A stretch of 64,000 nt of DNA from the human T2T-CHM13v2.0 reference genome, Homo sapiens: assembly GCF_009914755.1 (NCBI RefSeq), contig NC_060935.1; one strand, written 5' to 3'. Shown piece by piece: positions 1-12,750 of the stretch; the stretch's first letter is position 1, and each line of letters opens with the position of its first letter. The translations under genes and the position numbers were made by a program. The notes beneath the pieces are model-generated. The model had not been told where the DNA came from. It searched no databases and was given only the letters and a program-made list of their open reading frames with translations.

Positions 1-124
1 TTTTAAAAATTATATTACCTTAAATAAGATGATTTGGGGAATTGGTCTTTTATATATAGTGCTATGTATATATATATTTCAATTTTTTACCCATTTAATA
101 CATATGATACTTGTATGATGTGGA

Positions 125-260
125 TAATATTATTAATCTCATTTTACAGATAAGAAAAATGAAGCACAGAGCTTGAACACCTTCCCAATGTCACAAAGCA
201 AGGAAGTGGCAGAGCCAGAATTCAAATCCAGGTGGCCCAGCTGCAGAATCTGGTTCTTCA
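125..260 (-). mobile_element. MIR SINE fragment
   Basis: MIR core-like: ctcattttacagataagaaaaatgaagcacagag...gtcacaaagc..gaagtggcagagccagaattcaaatccagg. Confidence 0.75.
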
Positions 261-879
261 TCATTATTCCAGACCGTCTCTCAGAACCTGGTTGTAGAAA
301 AGATGACAGGTGTCCGGCAAATTAAACTCTTACTAGAGCTTGATACAGTCTATTGATCGTTAGCGTTAGCTTAGTGTTATTATCTTATACAGCCCTGAAA
401 ACAGGTTCTGTGCCACATGTTTCCTTTTGTATTTTTTATACTGCACCCTCACAAGTGAGCTAGATAGCAAAGGCAAGTAATAGCTTCTTCACCTCATGAA
501 TAATGAGCCTGCATACTTGCCAAGAGATGAGATGAATCAGAATGAGAGTCCAGTTTTTCTCATCCCTAGGCCAGCTCTCTCTAGTATCACAAGCCATCTT
601 TCTTGTGAGCATTGCGCCAAGTCTTCTGAGAAGACAAGAAAGGTAATATTGACGGGAGAGGGAGGTCTGCTTTCAAAACGCTAAGTGTAGACTGAAGGAC
701 AAAAGCATAAACACAGGGGAAAATATATGACAACAAAAGAGAAGTCGAAAATCCTCTAAAGGGCAAGACAAGCTAAGAGTGCTATAAATGGACTTTAGAA
801 AAACATGGATTTAAAAGTGCTCAGGGATTTAAAGAATGACAGGGTTTTGAACACACAAATGAAGAACAAAGGGGACTAT

Positions 880-1070
880 ATTTAAGGAGAGCCTACTGTG
901 TGCCAGGCATTGTGGTGAGTGCTTTATGTACAATGGGCATTGTTCACTCAGCACCACAGTGAAGAAGATGTTAGTGCTATATTCCCATTTTACAGATGGC
1001 AAACTGGCCTCACCCACATTAAAACTCCTGCATGAGGTCACATTGTTAATCTCCAGTGGATATCAAACTT
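880..1070 (-). mobile_element. MIR SINE fragment
   Basis: gagcctactgtgtgccaggcattgtgg...attcccattttacagatggcaaactg. Confidence 0.7.
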
Positions 1071-1579
1071 AAGTTCACTCTTCCAATTGCAAAACCCAAG
1101 CTATTTCATGTGCAAATACAAGAGACGGAAAGACATTTCATGCCTATAGAATGGCATAAAAATTGAAAGCACAGAAATCGGAATGCAAACCATAAAAACA
1201 AAATTATCTAGATAAATTGGTTTCTTTACAAGGCACTTATCACTAACTGATACTTTCTTTCATTTATTTATTTGTTATCTATCTAGTTCTACAAAATGGG
1301 CTTCTAGAAATAACAACTTGTCCATCTTCTTTGCTTCAATACCCACATCACCTAAAACAATGGTCACATCACATTAAACAAATGTCATCAGTATATATTG
1401 TAAAATATAAATGATTTAGAGTGAAAGGAAGAATATATATCAAATACAGCAAATGTATAAATGAAAATTAATTTAGAAAAATATTTGATAATATAGGACA
1501 ATCAGTTTAAAATGTGAAATTAAATGGAGATAAATGTCAAAGAATATGAATTACTGAGTTAATCATAACACATTTCTTC

Positions 1580-2110
1580 ATTTATTTTCATCCATTAAAT
1601 ACTTATTTATTGAGTATCTAATAAATATCAGGTAACTGAATTAGAATATAAGGATTTATTAGTAAAACAAAAATACAGTATTAACCTTGTCCATAAGGAC
1701 TTTTGCTGACTAATAGAGAATGTGGCCATGTGAGTTAGTAATTAAACCACAATTGAAGTTACAAAATTAAAGTCTGCATGGCTGGGAGGTAATGCATGTA
1801 ATCCATTGCTCCTCTACTAGATGAACAGGTCTGGCAATAGCTTATTTCAGAGAACAAAAGCCTCAGGTTATTTCATTCTTTCATAAGTTTAATGTGGACC
1901 AGAACAATTTTAGATTGTATACATCTTAATTCACTCAAAAATATTTATTTTGACACTACTAATTACATATTATACTCAGTGAGAATAGTATAAGTCAATA
2001 AGAACATAGAGTCTTGACTTCATAAAGCTTACATTCCAGTAGAGAAGAGGGACTTAATAAGTCCACAGACCAATAAATAAAATACTTGCAAGTCATAATG
2101 CATACCATGA
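1580..2110 (-). mobile_element. L2 3'-end fragments
   Basis: tttattgagtatcta...; cataaagcttacattccagtagagaagag resemble the antisense L2 3' end; highly diverged. Confidence 0.45.
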
Positions 2111-2130
2111 AGAACACATATGTGGACAGG

Positions 2131-2600
2131 TGGGTTAATTTACTACTGCTTTTATAACACATTATCACAAATGTAGTGACTTGACACAACACAAATTTAT
2201 TAGCTTATAGTTTTGGAAGTCAGAGTCTGAAATGGGTTTCACTGGGCTCATATGAAGGTGTTGGCAGGGCTGTGTTACTTCTGGAGGCTCTAGGGGACAA
2301 TTCTTTCTCTTACATTTCCTGGTTTTTAGAGGCTACCCAAATTTTTTAGCTCATGGCTCTGTGTCATCCTGATCTATGCTTCTGTTTTCACATCTTCTTC
2401 TTTACTCTTTTGCTGCCATCCTTCCCTTATAAAGACTGTTGGGATTAAATTCAGTGCATCTGGATGATGCAGGGTATTCTCTCTATCTCAAGAGATTTCA
2501 TCATATCTGCAGTTTCTTTTGCCATGTAAGGTAATGTATTCACAGGTGCAGGTAATTAGGACATGGACAGGTCTGAGAGTCCATTATTCTGCCTACCATG
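2131..2600 (-). mobile_element. MaLR solo LTR (MLT1C/D-like)
   Basis: acacaaatttatt..ggaagtcagagtctgaaatgggtttcactgggct..ctggaggctctagggga..ccattattctgcctacca (LTR terminus). Confidence 0.85.
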
Positions 2601-2999
2601 GAGGTAATGTTGAGAAACAAGGCACTTGGGGCAGCAGAATTTCCATAAGAAAGTTCTCACTGAGTTGGTGATGCTATGTATTCTATAAAACAATTAAAGG
2701 GAAAACACCATTTCACTAATTCTGGGACTACCTAAATCATATCTAGAACATTTTCTTTTATTTTTGGATGTCAATTTTAAATAATTTTTGGCAAACTACA
2801 GAATATACAATTTTCAAATCTGAAAAATGAAGACATAAGGAAATTGCAATATGTGATAGAATAAGGTGACTTTGAGCCCATTTTAGAGTGGATTATAAGT
2901 TTAAAAGTATGTAATTATGTTATGATTATTGTCATCATTATTTTCAGCATGGAAGAAAAGAACTGCCTACATAAATTCAAATATAGTAAGTAATAGTGT

Positions 3000-3975
3000 T
3001 GGAATCTTAAATACGATGCGAAAATACAATTGCAAATTCATAATACCTCCAGTTTTAACAAAATATATATTTCCTATCTTTGTGAAAAAGGCCTAGAGTT
3101 ATAACAGTCTAGTAGCAATAATCACCTCTAGTTTCCAATATAATTTCTAAAAACTATTTACCACTAAAGAAGGTAAGGGCTTCTTGGAGAAGTAGCTGAT
3201 CCAAGGCAGGGGTCAGAAAATTTATGACATAAAGGTAGAATGTTTTCTTGAACCAGAAAGCAAGGAAGCTCTCATGGGTCATGCTATAGAGGCAAAAGAG
3301 CCAAAGTGAAGGACTTCCACTGAGCAAGATGGGGAAATTTTAACTTCAGAAAGAATGTCTTTAAATGATTATTAAAACACATAGGGTATATTAAAAGCAG
3401 TGAGTATGAACTAAGTTTCTTAGAGAGTATGAGAAACAAAACAAAACTCTTGAGAACCAGTAAAAGTTGCCAGGGCACCAATTAATTGATAATTAAAGTG
3501 AAATAATTAAGTCTTTATCTCGATCTTTTCATGTGAATTATATTTCTGAATTTGATAATTAAAGTGAAATGATTAAGTCTTTATCTTGATCTTCTCATGT
3601 GAATTGTGTTTCAGGCTAACAAAATTAGGAGCTAGTACATAAGGGAAAAATTCTTGTATTAAGAAGTCTAGTTAATTAATAAATGGATAAAAAATTAGAA
3701 AAAAACTATAATCTCACAGGTTGTAATGACAGATATGATCATGACAATGGCAATCAGTGAGTGGTAAAATCATTAGTAAAGGTTGACCAGGACCTTTATA
3801 AAGAAAGGATCAAGCTGAACCCACAGATTATTTCTTGTATCATTAAAGCTGAGACATTTCAGGTGTTATGTACCTTCTAGTATTCTACAGTATGAAGTAA
3901 TCAGCATCACCTAAGAAGTAGTCTTGCAAAATAAAATTAGCCTGAATCTAATCACAATTTTAGAAGTAACTTTCA
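3000..3975 (+). mobile_element. Old L1M (L1MC-like) 3' region, part 1
   Basis: cttggagaagtagctgatccaaggcaggggtcagaaaa...ccagaaagcaaggaagctctc resembles L1MC 3' UTR; resumes at 4640. Confidence 0.55.
3486..3612. repeat. Tandem duplication, period 66 bp, 2 copies
   Basis: ttgataattaaagtgaaat(a/g)attaagtctttatct(c/t)gatctt(t/c)tcatgtgaatt at 3486 and 3552. Confidence 0.95.
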
Positions 3976-4073
3976 GGCCAGGCGCGGTGGCTCACACCTG
4001 TAATCCCAACACTCTGGGAGGCCAAGTCAGGTGGATCACCTGAAGCCAGGAATTCGAGACCAGCATGTCTCGA
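3976..4073 (+). mobile_element. Alu left-monomer fragment, 3'-truncated
   Basis: ggccaggcgcggtggctcacacctgtaatccc...ttcgagaccagc; no A-rich linker or tail. Confidence 0.95.
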
Positions 4074-4547
4074 TACAGTAAGCCAAGATAAATATATTAC
4101 AAAGACAGAAAAGTATTTTTTAATAAATTTGGTATTGTCTAAGTGTATGTTTATAAAGTTTGTAGTAGTTTACGGTAATGTCCTAGGACTTCACATTCAC
4201 TCATTACTCATTCTCTCACTGACTCACACAGAGCAACTTCCCGTCCTGAAAAGTTCATTTATCGTAAGTACCCTGTAAAGATGTACCATTTTTTATCTTT
4301 TATACCATGTTTTACTGTACGTTTTATATGTTTAGATACACAAACACTTACCATTGTGTTATAGTTAACTGCAGCATTCAATACAGTAACATGCTATACA
4401 GGTTTATGGCCTAGGAGCAATAGGCGATACTGTACAATGTAGGTGTGTAGTAGGCTATGCACTCCATAATACTTGCACAATAATGAAATTGCCTAATGAC
4501 ACATTTCTCAAACATATCCCTGTCATTAAGTGATGCATGGCTTTGTA
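4074..4547 (-). mobile_element. Tigger3/MER7 (GOLEM) DNA transposon fragment
   Basis: cctaggagcaataggc..aggtgtgtagtaggcta..gcctaatgacacatttctca..ccctgtcattaagtgatgcatg: antisense Tigger3 terminus ending near TA. Confidence 0.85.
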
Positions 4548-4639
4548 AAGGAACGATTGAATAAATAAATAAATGACAGAAAAGTTCAATGCCCCTTTTA
4601 GAAAAACACAAATAGTATATGTAATTAGTCCTTTCTCAG

Positions 4640-4860
4640 CACACTTCTCCTTTGTGTTCTCTTTCCTCAAAATTCACAATCTAAATATGAGGAAGCATCA
4701 GACAAACTTTGATGAGAGACATTCTACAAAAATCCTCTTCTAAAATGTCAAGGTCATAAAAATCAAGGAGATACAGAAAAACTGTCACAGACCAAAGACT
4801 GAGATATGACAACAAGGGGCAGTGTGGCATCCTGGATTGGGAGTGGACACTGATAAATCA
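4640..4860 (+). mobile_element. Old L1M (L1MC-like) 3' UTR, part 2
   Basis: catcagacaaac..gagagacattctacaaaa..tgtcaaggtcataaaa..gtggcatcctggattgg. Confidence 0.65.
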
Positions 4861-5813
4861 CGTGGTGCTGAGGGTAGCATGACTCAAATTCTAAATCTGG
4901 TTTCATGATATCCATCACTCTTTGAGAGAGAACGGAGAGCACCCAAGCAGATGTTCAAATAGAGATACGTAAAACATAGTGACACAATTAAATCTTTGAT
5001 GACGGTGTCCTCCTTAAGTTTAATTTCATGGGTTGTAAATAACGTATATCTAGAAACTTTGCCCAACATTCCAATAAATCCAAATTTAGTTCTTTCTCTC
5101 TTTTCATAGTTTTATTTTTTATAATTATTATTCTGACATAGGGCTCTAGGGCATTAATGTGGCCACATGCACCAGTGGTTTAAGAAAGTGACTGTCTTGA
5201 GAATGAAGCTTCCTTCTGTTCCTTCAATGAGCCCAGAGGACCAAGGAAAAGTGTAGAAGTTCAGAAAGCATAGCCTACTCACGTCATTTCTGCATAAAGG
5301 CTCCTAATTTTCTCATTCCACTTGTAAGATTTAAACTAAAAATCTATGCAGCTCCATTTAAAAACATGTTTACAAATGCCAATACTTTCTGTTTCTTAAA
5401 TCAAAATCAGCTTGTTTAATACCACATTCCAAAATAAGAGTTTTATCTCATCTTCCATCCCCTGATTCTGATTTTTTTTACCTTTTTTTTGGGAGGGGGA
5501 CAAATTCTTACTGCGTGTTTGGAATAATGCAGTCTACATTGTTGCCATAACTGGCTTGCTTCAACTATCCCCTGTCTCTAAGCATATTTGACTTCATACT
5601 CTTTGACCTAGGGCGTTCTCCTACTGAGTTTGGTATGAAGATCACAATTGAAATTCGATTCCCCTGATTTCCCACACTCCACTGGGTCATGTGATTAGAT
5701 ATAGCAATCAACTTTCCTTGCAAAAGCAGGCAGAAATGTACATCTGTCTGTTTTGAAAACCCCCGTGGACCTCCAGACGTGTGTACATCTTGAGGAATTA
5801 AATATTCATATTA

Positions 5814-6116
<303 letters not shown>

Positions 6117-6129
6117 TTATTGATATTAG

Positions 6130-6372
<243 letters not shown>

Positions 6373-7345
6373 TAGTGTTAGAGACAAAATTTTTGCTGCT
6401 TCCAATTTATTTAGACGCTTATATAGATACATCTTGTAATTTTTACACGAATATGTACAGTGAAGCAGGGTGATTAGCCAATCCTGAAACATTTTTTTCT
6501 TCCCTCAAAGGGGCCATGAGTTAATGTCTGTGTCTCCAATTTAATTCTGTTTTGTTTGATCTTGTTCTAATATGAATGAAAGCTCGTTAACCAATTTCTA
6601 CTATTTTCTGCTCTACTAGATCTATCAAGTTACACATGGTCATATCAATCCATAATCTTAGAGTATCCCTCAGACTTAGGATTACTTATTTAATCATTTA
6701 CTTTTCCACTTATGTGCTTATTTATCATTTTATGTCTGAAATTAGCATCTCAGAAACGGCCCCAAATTGTAGAAGTATAGGTGATATTTTTTCCTGGTGT
6801 TAACCTAAACGTTAATTGCTTAAAAATAAAAAAAAAAAAACAACACTTCCCCAAGTTAAAAAAAAAAAAAGTCTTTCATAAACTGAAACCACTTGAAATA
6901 TTACAGCAATTATCACTGGGCTAGGTCAAAGCAATGGCTATGATGAAAACAACCAAATAAGAGCCTGTGAGATTTCATTGAAAACATCCTTTTAAATTTT
7001 CACGGGCATGAGTATTGCTCTGTCTTTTTAGCTATTTAGCTTGAATATTTCACTTCACTTTAGCTAATCGAGTAAATGTAGCTGTTTATTATTTTAGTCT
7101 TTTAAGAGTTTGACATTTACAAAATCTAGTTAAGAATGACATGATGTACAACCACAGTAATAATAATTGCCGAATCTTTTCAGACTTTAATAAAAAGTTT
7201 AAGTGGATCAATTATTGCAGTCTCAATGTTTCACAGTCTTCCAACTCATAGAAGCCAGCATTATCTGCGGATTATGATATGTTCTGATGAGGAAGCCAGT
7301 ATGCCTTGGTCTCTGCCCATGCCTGTGCTACAGCAGTGATCAGTG

Positions 7346-7560
<215 letters not shown>

Positions 7561-8929
7561 TAGGTTGTGTCTAGGCTTTCTGTGCACCGTTTAGTCTGAG
7601 TCGGGGCTTGAACCCCTTGACCTACCATCTACTCTTTTTTTTTTTAATTTTTCAGATCCAAAAACCTTGGTACCACATTAAATAACTTTGACACTTTGGA
7701 AATATACACATGTAACTGAGTATTGTGTTGGCGTAACACATTTGAGAAATTTAAGCCTTGGCCAAAAGGTAAACCCTTACTTTTTCAACTCCCTTTAGAG
7801 ATTACTGGGCTCCCCCGACTGGGCTAACAAAATAAGAAGGTAAGGAATTGTGCTTGAGCTCCTTTGTGTTGGCTTGGCTCTCTGAGTCTATCCAGCAGGA
7901 TCAAGCAGGGGAGGTAGGAAAGCAGTGGTCAGACTCTGCCGAAAGACTGATAAAATTCCTTCAGAAACAGTTCTCAGGTTTCCCTCCGAGCAGCTCCCTC
8001 TACCTTCCATTGACTTCCAACACTTCTTCCAGAATGAAGCAGTAGTTGGGGGCATTTGTCTTCCTTCCTGTTCCTCGGCAAAGACAATCAGCAGCATCGG
8101 AATCATAGAAAGGGGAGAGGATCCTGGAGAGAGATTGAACACGAGCACTAGATACAAGAGGCTCATGAATTGGGTCAGAACTCACTGGAAGTAGGGGTCT
8201 ATGCAGAGGAGGTTAGGTGTGGTACATCTGTGTGGAGTTTTACCCTGGATCCTCTTATCCTGTGGTTTTGCCCAGGCCAGTCTCCTCAGGTATCCTGTCA
8301 AGAGGTGAGAGGGAAGTTGAACTCTTGTTACATCACTGCCATTATCTACTCAAGCTTACATCATCATGTAGGGAGACTTTAAGCTGGTAAACGAGATGTT
8401 TGTGTTGGAGGCAATAATGCCAGCCTGTGGAGGGGACAGGCTTTACCAAAGAGCTAATGAAAGAGCTATTGTTCAGGCCCACCTGGCCTTGGCTCTGCTT
8501 TCTCCTCCAGAAGAAATCTTGATTGAAGCACCAGCAAGTATGTTTCTTGCCTTTGTCATTGTTTCCTGGGTATGCATCTCATTTGGCAATCTCACAGGAA
8601 GAAGGTGCGCTAGTGTCTTTGGCTGCATTCAGGCATTCCTATTTTTATTGTCTATTAGCATTATTGTCTTCAAATTGCAAGGAGCATTACAATACATACT
8701 GAAGGCTAGGTATTCACAAAAGCTGATTTAAATAAATTAGTTAAGTATTTTTATTATTAATCTGTTTTTCAGATAAGTAAACTTTGAGAGGAATACCAGG
8801 GAGATCCTGCTGTAGCCCTCTATTTTGGACACTTCCTGTATCAGGAAGTTTACAATTTGAGAAGCAAGATGTAGGAAAATCAAATTTTAAACAAGACTAA
8901 TTACGAGAAAGATGCGGAAGATTTACTTT

Positions 8930-9095
8930 TCTTTTATACTTATTTTTTACAGACAGGATTTCCTCTGTCTAGGCTGAAGTATAGTGGTGCAATTATAGCT
9001 GAGTGCATCCCTGGACTCCTGGCCTCAAGAGATCCTCCCACTGGAGCCTCCCTCCTGAGTAGCTGGGACTACAGATGTGTGCCACCACGCCCAGC
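8930..9095 (-). mobile_element. AluJ/FLAM/FRAM monomer
   Basis: agacaggatttcctctgt..ctcctggcctcaagagatcctccc..gtagctgggactacag..gccaccacgcccagc. Confidence 0.85.
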
Positions 9096-9954
9096 AAGAT
9101 CCTTTATGATACATATACAAAACTGTCTCCTAGTAATTTCCGTGTTTTAAAACTTTTTCTGATATCCTAATTCATAAAATAGTGCCTCTTGTCTTTAGGA
9201 ACTGTTCAAATATTTCAAGTAACTAGTGTCTCCTTAGGTATACCCTGAAATAAGCAACCCCACTCCCTTAACCCTCCTCATATGCACAGGGTCACATGGT
9301 GTGTAACAGGTGGAAACCAAATCAGACAGAACAGTCATCTGGCTCCTAACCCAGTGCTCTTTCTATGATCTCACAGCATCTCTGAAGGAACTTCCAGCAT
9401 CCTGCCTCTATTTTACCTCAGGGATTTACTAGCATAATAAAGAGAGCCAGATTTAAAAGGATTCCCTTGTTAAAGCCACCATTATTTGTCCTGAGAAAGT
9501 CATAGCTGGAGGTAGTTCATTAGGACCTCTTTCTTGATTGGGATCCTGAGGGCAGAAAAGTGCTGGAAGAACTGGTTCTTGACATGGTAGAACCTCAGCT
9601 CTTGGTGGCGACATTCAGGTTGTGACAGCTACATGTTGTGCTCACTTCAAATTAAACTCTGTGATATAGATTAAACGCCATACTCAATGAGGAAACAGGA
9701 CTTAAATCATTCAAATGTGAATTGTGAATAACGAGAAATAATTATTTATTTATTTATGTACATTCTAAAAACCTAGAGCACAGTTCAGAAAATGATTAGA
9801 AGACAGCAGTCTCTAAGCAAGTACATTTCATGGTGGCTCATGAGCTGCACCTGGTTGACTCCTCTCACTTAGCCCAATAAGTTGCTAAAGCAAGGAGCTA
9901 GCTCAGCTTTGTACCTCTCTCTGGTGAGAGGACTAAAGTAAAGACACCCTGGAT

Positions 9955-10423
9955 TCATTAGGATACACAGTTGGCTACTGGGCAGAGTCCACATATCAAT
10001 GGCTTGAACAAAATGGAATTTTATTTTTCTCTCAACTAATAGTCTGAGCATTCTACACATAAGTGTTCCAGGCTTGTTACATTGGAGATTTGGGGATCCA
10101 GCCTTACTCCATTTTGTCATGGTGTAAGATGATTCCTTTAGCTTATGTCAACTTCCATTCATTCAAGCTGGAAGAAATGAAGCAAGGGAAAGAAGAGGCT
10201 ATATTTCATGACGTTTGAATCAACGACAAGACATAGTACCCATAAATTTCACTAATTCCCTGTTGGACAAAACCTGGTCATATGGCCAAAGCTAGCTTCA
10301 AGTCAAGTGATAGGAAAAACAAACAAAAACTTTAGCTGGACTGACAGGTACCCAACTGAAAGTTCTGTTACTGTAGAAAAACGGGAGATGGATATTGGGG
10401 TGATCACCACAGTCTCTGTCACA
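9955..10423 (-). mobile_element. MaLR LTR (MLT1J/K-like)
   Basis: aatggcttgaacaaaatggaattttatttttctctc..ggtcatatggcca..gatggatattgggg..agtctctgtcaca. Confidence 0.7.
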
Positions 10424-10985
10424 GTCTTGGAAAGTGCCTGACAGATTTATCTCTGGCAACTTGAAGTGGTAGTAGACTGTTAAGTGACTTTGTCATCCAA
10501 AGAAATTTTTCTAGTTATTCTTGTCAGCTCTGATCCCATTTCTACATTCTATATGAATATAATAAGCATGTGTACTGATGTAGCTGTTGCCCTAGTATTC
10601 TGCTGCATAAGCTTGCATTTTAACTCTCAAATTTATCCCAGTTTAGTACAAAAATGATATGTCATCTTATCTGTGGCCTTTATGCAACACCATTTCCTAC
10701 ACCCCTGCCCTCCCACAGTTCCCAAGTTGTAAAGGGAAATGGAGTAACCATCTATGAGATGTAAACCTGCGGCATAATTTTTAGCTCTTTCCAGAGAAGC
10801 ATGACCTTCTTATCAACAGAAAATTTTATTTATAGGGAAAAGAAATTTGCAGAAGTCCCTGTGCAGTGTAGTAGGCATCATAAGATCCTCACAATTAATT
10901 TTTTATTGAGTTAAGAAGGTTGGCAAGGTTATTTTCTTTCGAGAGAGGACATGGTTTTTATTTTTATTTTATATTGTTAAATGAT

Positions 10986-11389
10986 CTTTTCTTTTTTCCC
11001 AATTTTTGTTTTAGATATAGGGGGTACATGTGCAAATTCATTACCTGGGTATATTGCATCACGCTGATGTTTGGGTTACAAATAATCCCATCTCCCAGGT
11101 AGTGAGCATGGTACCTATAGGTTAGTTTTTCAACCCTTGTCCCCATTTGCCCCCTCTCCTTTCTAGTAGTTCCCATTTTCTATTGTTGCCATCTTTATGT
11201 CTATGAGTACCCAAGGTTTAGCTCTCACTTACAAGTGAAATGTAGAGTATTTGGTTTTCTGTTTCTGCATTAATTCACTTGGGATAATGCCTTCCAGCTG
11301 CATCCATATTTATGCAGAAGACATGATTTCTTTTTTTTATAGATATATAACGTTCCATGGTGTATATGTGCCACATTTTCTTTATCCAA
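10986..11389 (-). mobile_element. L1PA15/16-like 3' end, 5'-truncated
   Basis: ggggtacatgtgca..cccaggtagtgagcatggtacc..ggttttctgtttctgcattaattcactt..ccacattttctttatcca. Confidence 0.9.
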
Positions 11390-12104
11390 GAATTGGCAAA
11401 TTTTTCAAAGGTAAGGCTTAGATTAAATTTTAGTGTATTTTTACACAAAGTTAATCAAGACTTTACATTAATATGGGCATAGAATGAATACTACGCTTGG
11501 ATTTTGCCATTGCTGTCCTGAATAACACCTATCTACCAGTTTCTTAAAGTAATAGTTTTAAGATTTGACCTGCAAATTTGTACTCCTTTATCACATAGAA
11601 AGACATCTTACAAGGAGGTAGAGCTATCACAGAAGCTAAAGATATCATCACTTATATCCTGGGGCATTAGGATTTATACAGGCCTTCATGCATGTGTTCC
11701 TAAATCCAAATCAGATTCTCTACATTCCAGTTTCAGGATTCAAGTTGGCCTTCCTTTTTACCTAGAGTGATTGCAAGAAATTTCTAACAATTAGGCAACA
11801 ATCATTGTCTAGAGAAATCACTGTTACTTAGCAAACAGGACATCTTCTATCATCAGGTCTCCTTTAGCTCTTTTGTTTTATAATGAATCAGTTTGTCACA
11901 GTTACTTGTCATATCTGAAGATACATACTATGGCCCAGGGAGAGCAAAAGTATATTTATATGATGAAGTGAATGTGTGACAAGACAATTAAAAAAAAACC
12001 TTGGAAGTATAGGAAAAGAGCAGACCCCAGTTGATTGTAAACATCAAAATAAGGAATTGGCGGTCAAGGCAAATACCTGGGCAAGATGAATTATCTACTA
12101 GACA

Positions 12105-12420
12105 GCTCTGCAGAAACAAATAACTTCAAAACCTCATAATCGTTTACTTCTTACTATACTCTTGTGTCTAAGGTAGTTTGTGATGGCTACCATGACATCC
12201 TTACTCTGGAACCTGGGCTGAAGGAGTAGCCTCTTTCTGGAATACTCTTTGTCATTATGAAAAAGAAAAAAATATATATTTTACTAATTATGCACAGGCA
12301 CTTAAAGCTTTTTTGAAGTGATATCCATAATTTCAACTCACATTTTACTGATCAAAGCATGAAGGCTCCCAAGTTCAACATTATCTGGATATGCAATCCA
12401 CTGGAAGGAGGAACAAGGCA
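12105..12420 (-). mobile_element. Old MaLR LTR (MLT1K/L-like)
   Basis: ttactctggaacctgggctgaaggagtagcctctttctggaa..cttaaagctt..ctcacattttactgatcaaagc. Confidence 0.55.
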
Positions 12421-12524
12421 GAGGAACCACTGACTAGGAATGAACCATGGGGACAAGGGAAATTTAGAGGACTTCACAATTATTAGTTAGAGCACTTCAC
12501 AATTATTCTCCATGAGAATTGCTA

Positions 12525-12750
12525 CCTAATAGTATTTGAGCTCACATTATATGACAGACCTTATGCTAACATTTTACAGACATTATTTTATGTAATCTTC
12601 ACAACATTTCTATGGTGTAAACACTTTATTATGCTCATATTACAGATAAGAAAACCATGAGTGTAAGTAACGTGTAAAAAGTTCCTCAACAAATTAATAG
12701 CAGAGAGAGAACTCAAGCCTCGGGCTACCTGTTTCATAGTAACACTCTGT
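12525..12750 (-). mobile_element. MIR SINE
   Basis: tatgctaacattttacagacattattttatgtaatcttcacaac..catattacagataagaaaac. Confidence 0.75.

Noticed and set aside
7848-8731. Cluster of overlapping 60-110 aa ORFs; possible processed pseudogene
   Set aside because: No recognisable protein in any frame and no clear poly-A/TSD pair; ORF density is explained by higher GC.
12471-12507. 14-bp direct repeat acttcacaattatt
   Set aside because: Ordinary micro-duplication; only two copies with no array structure.
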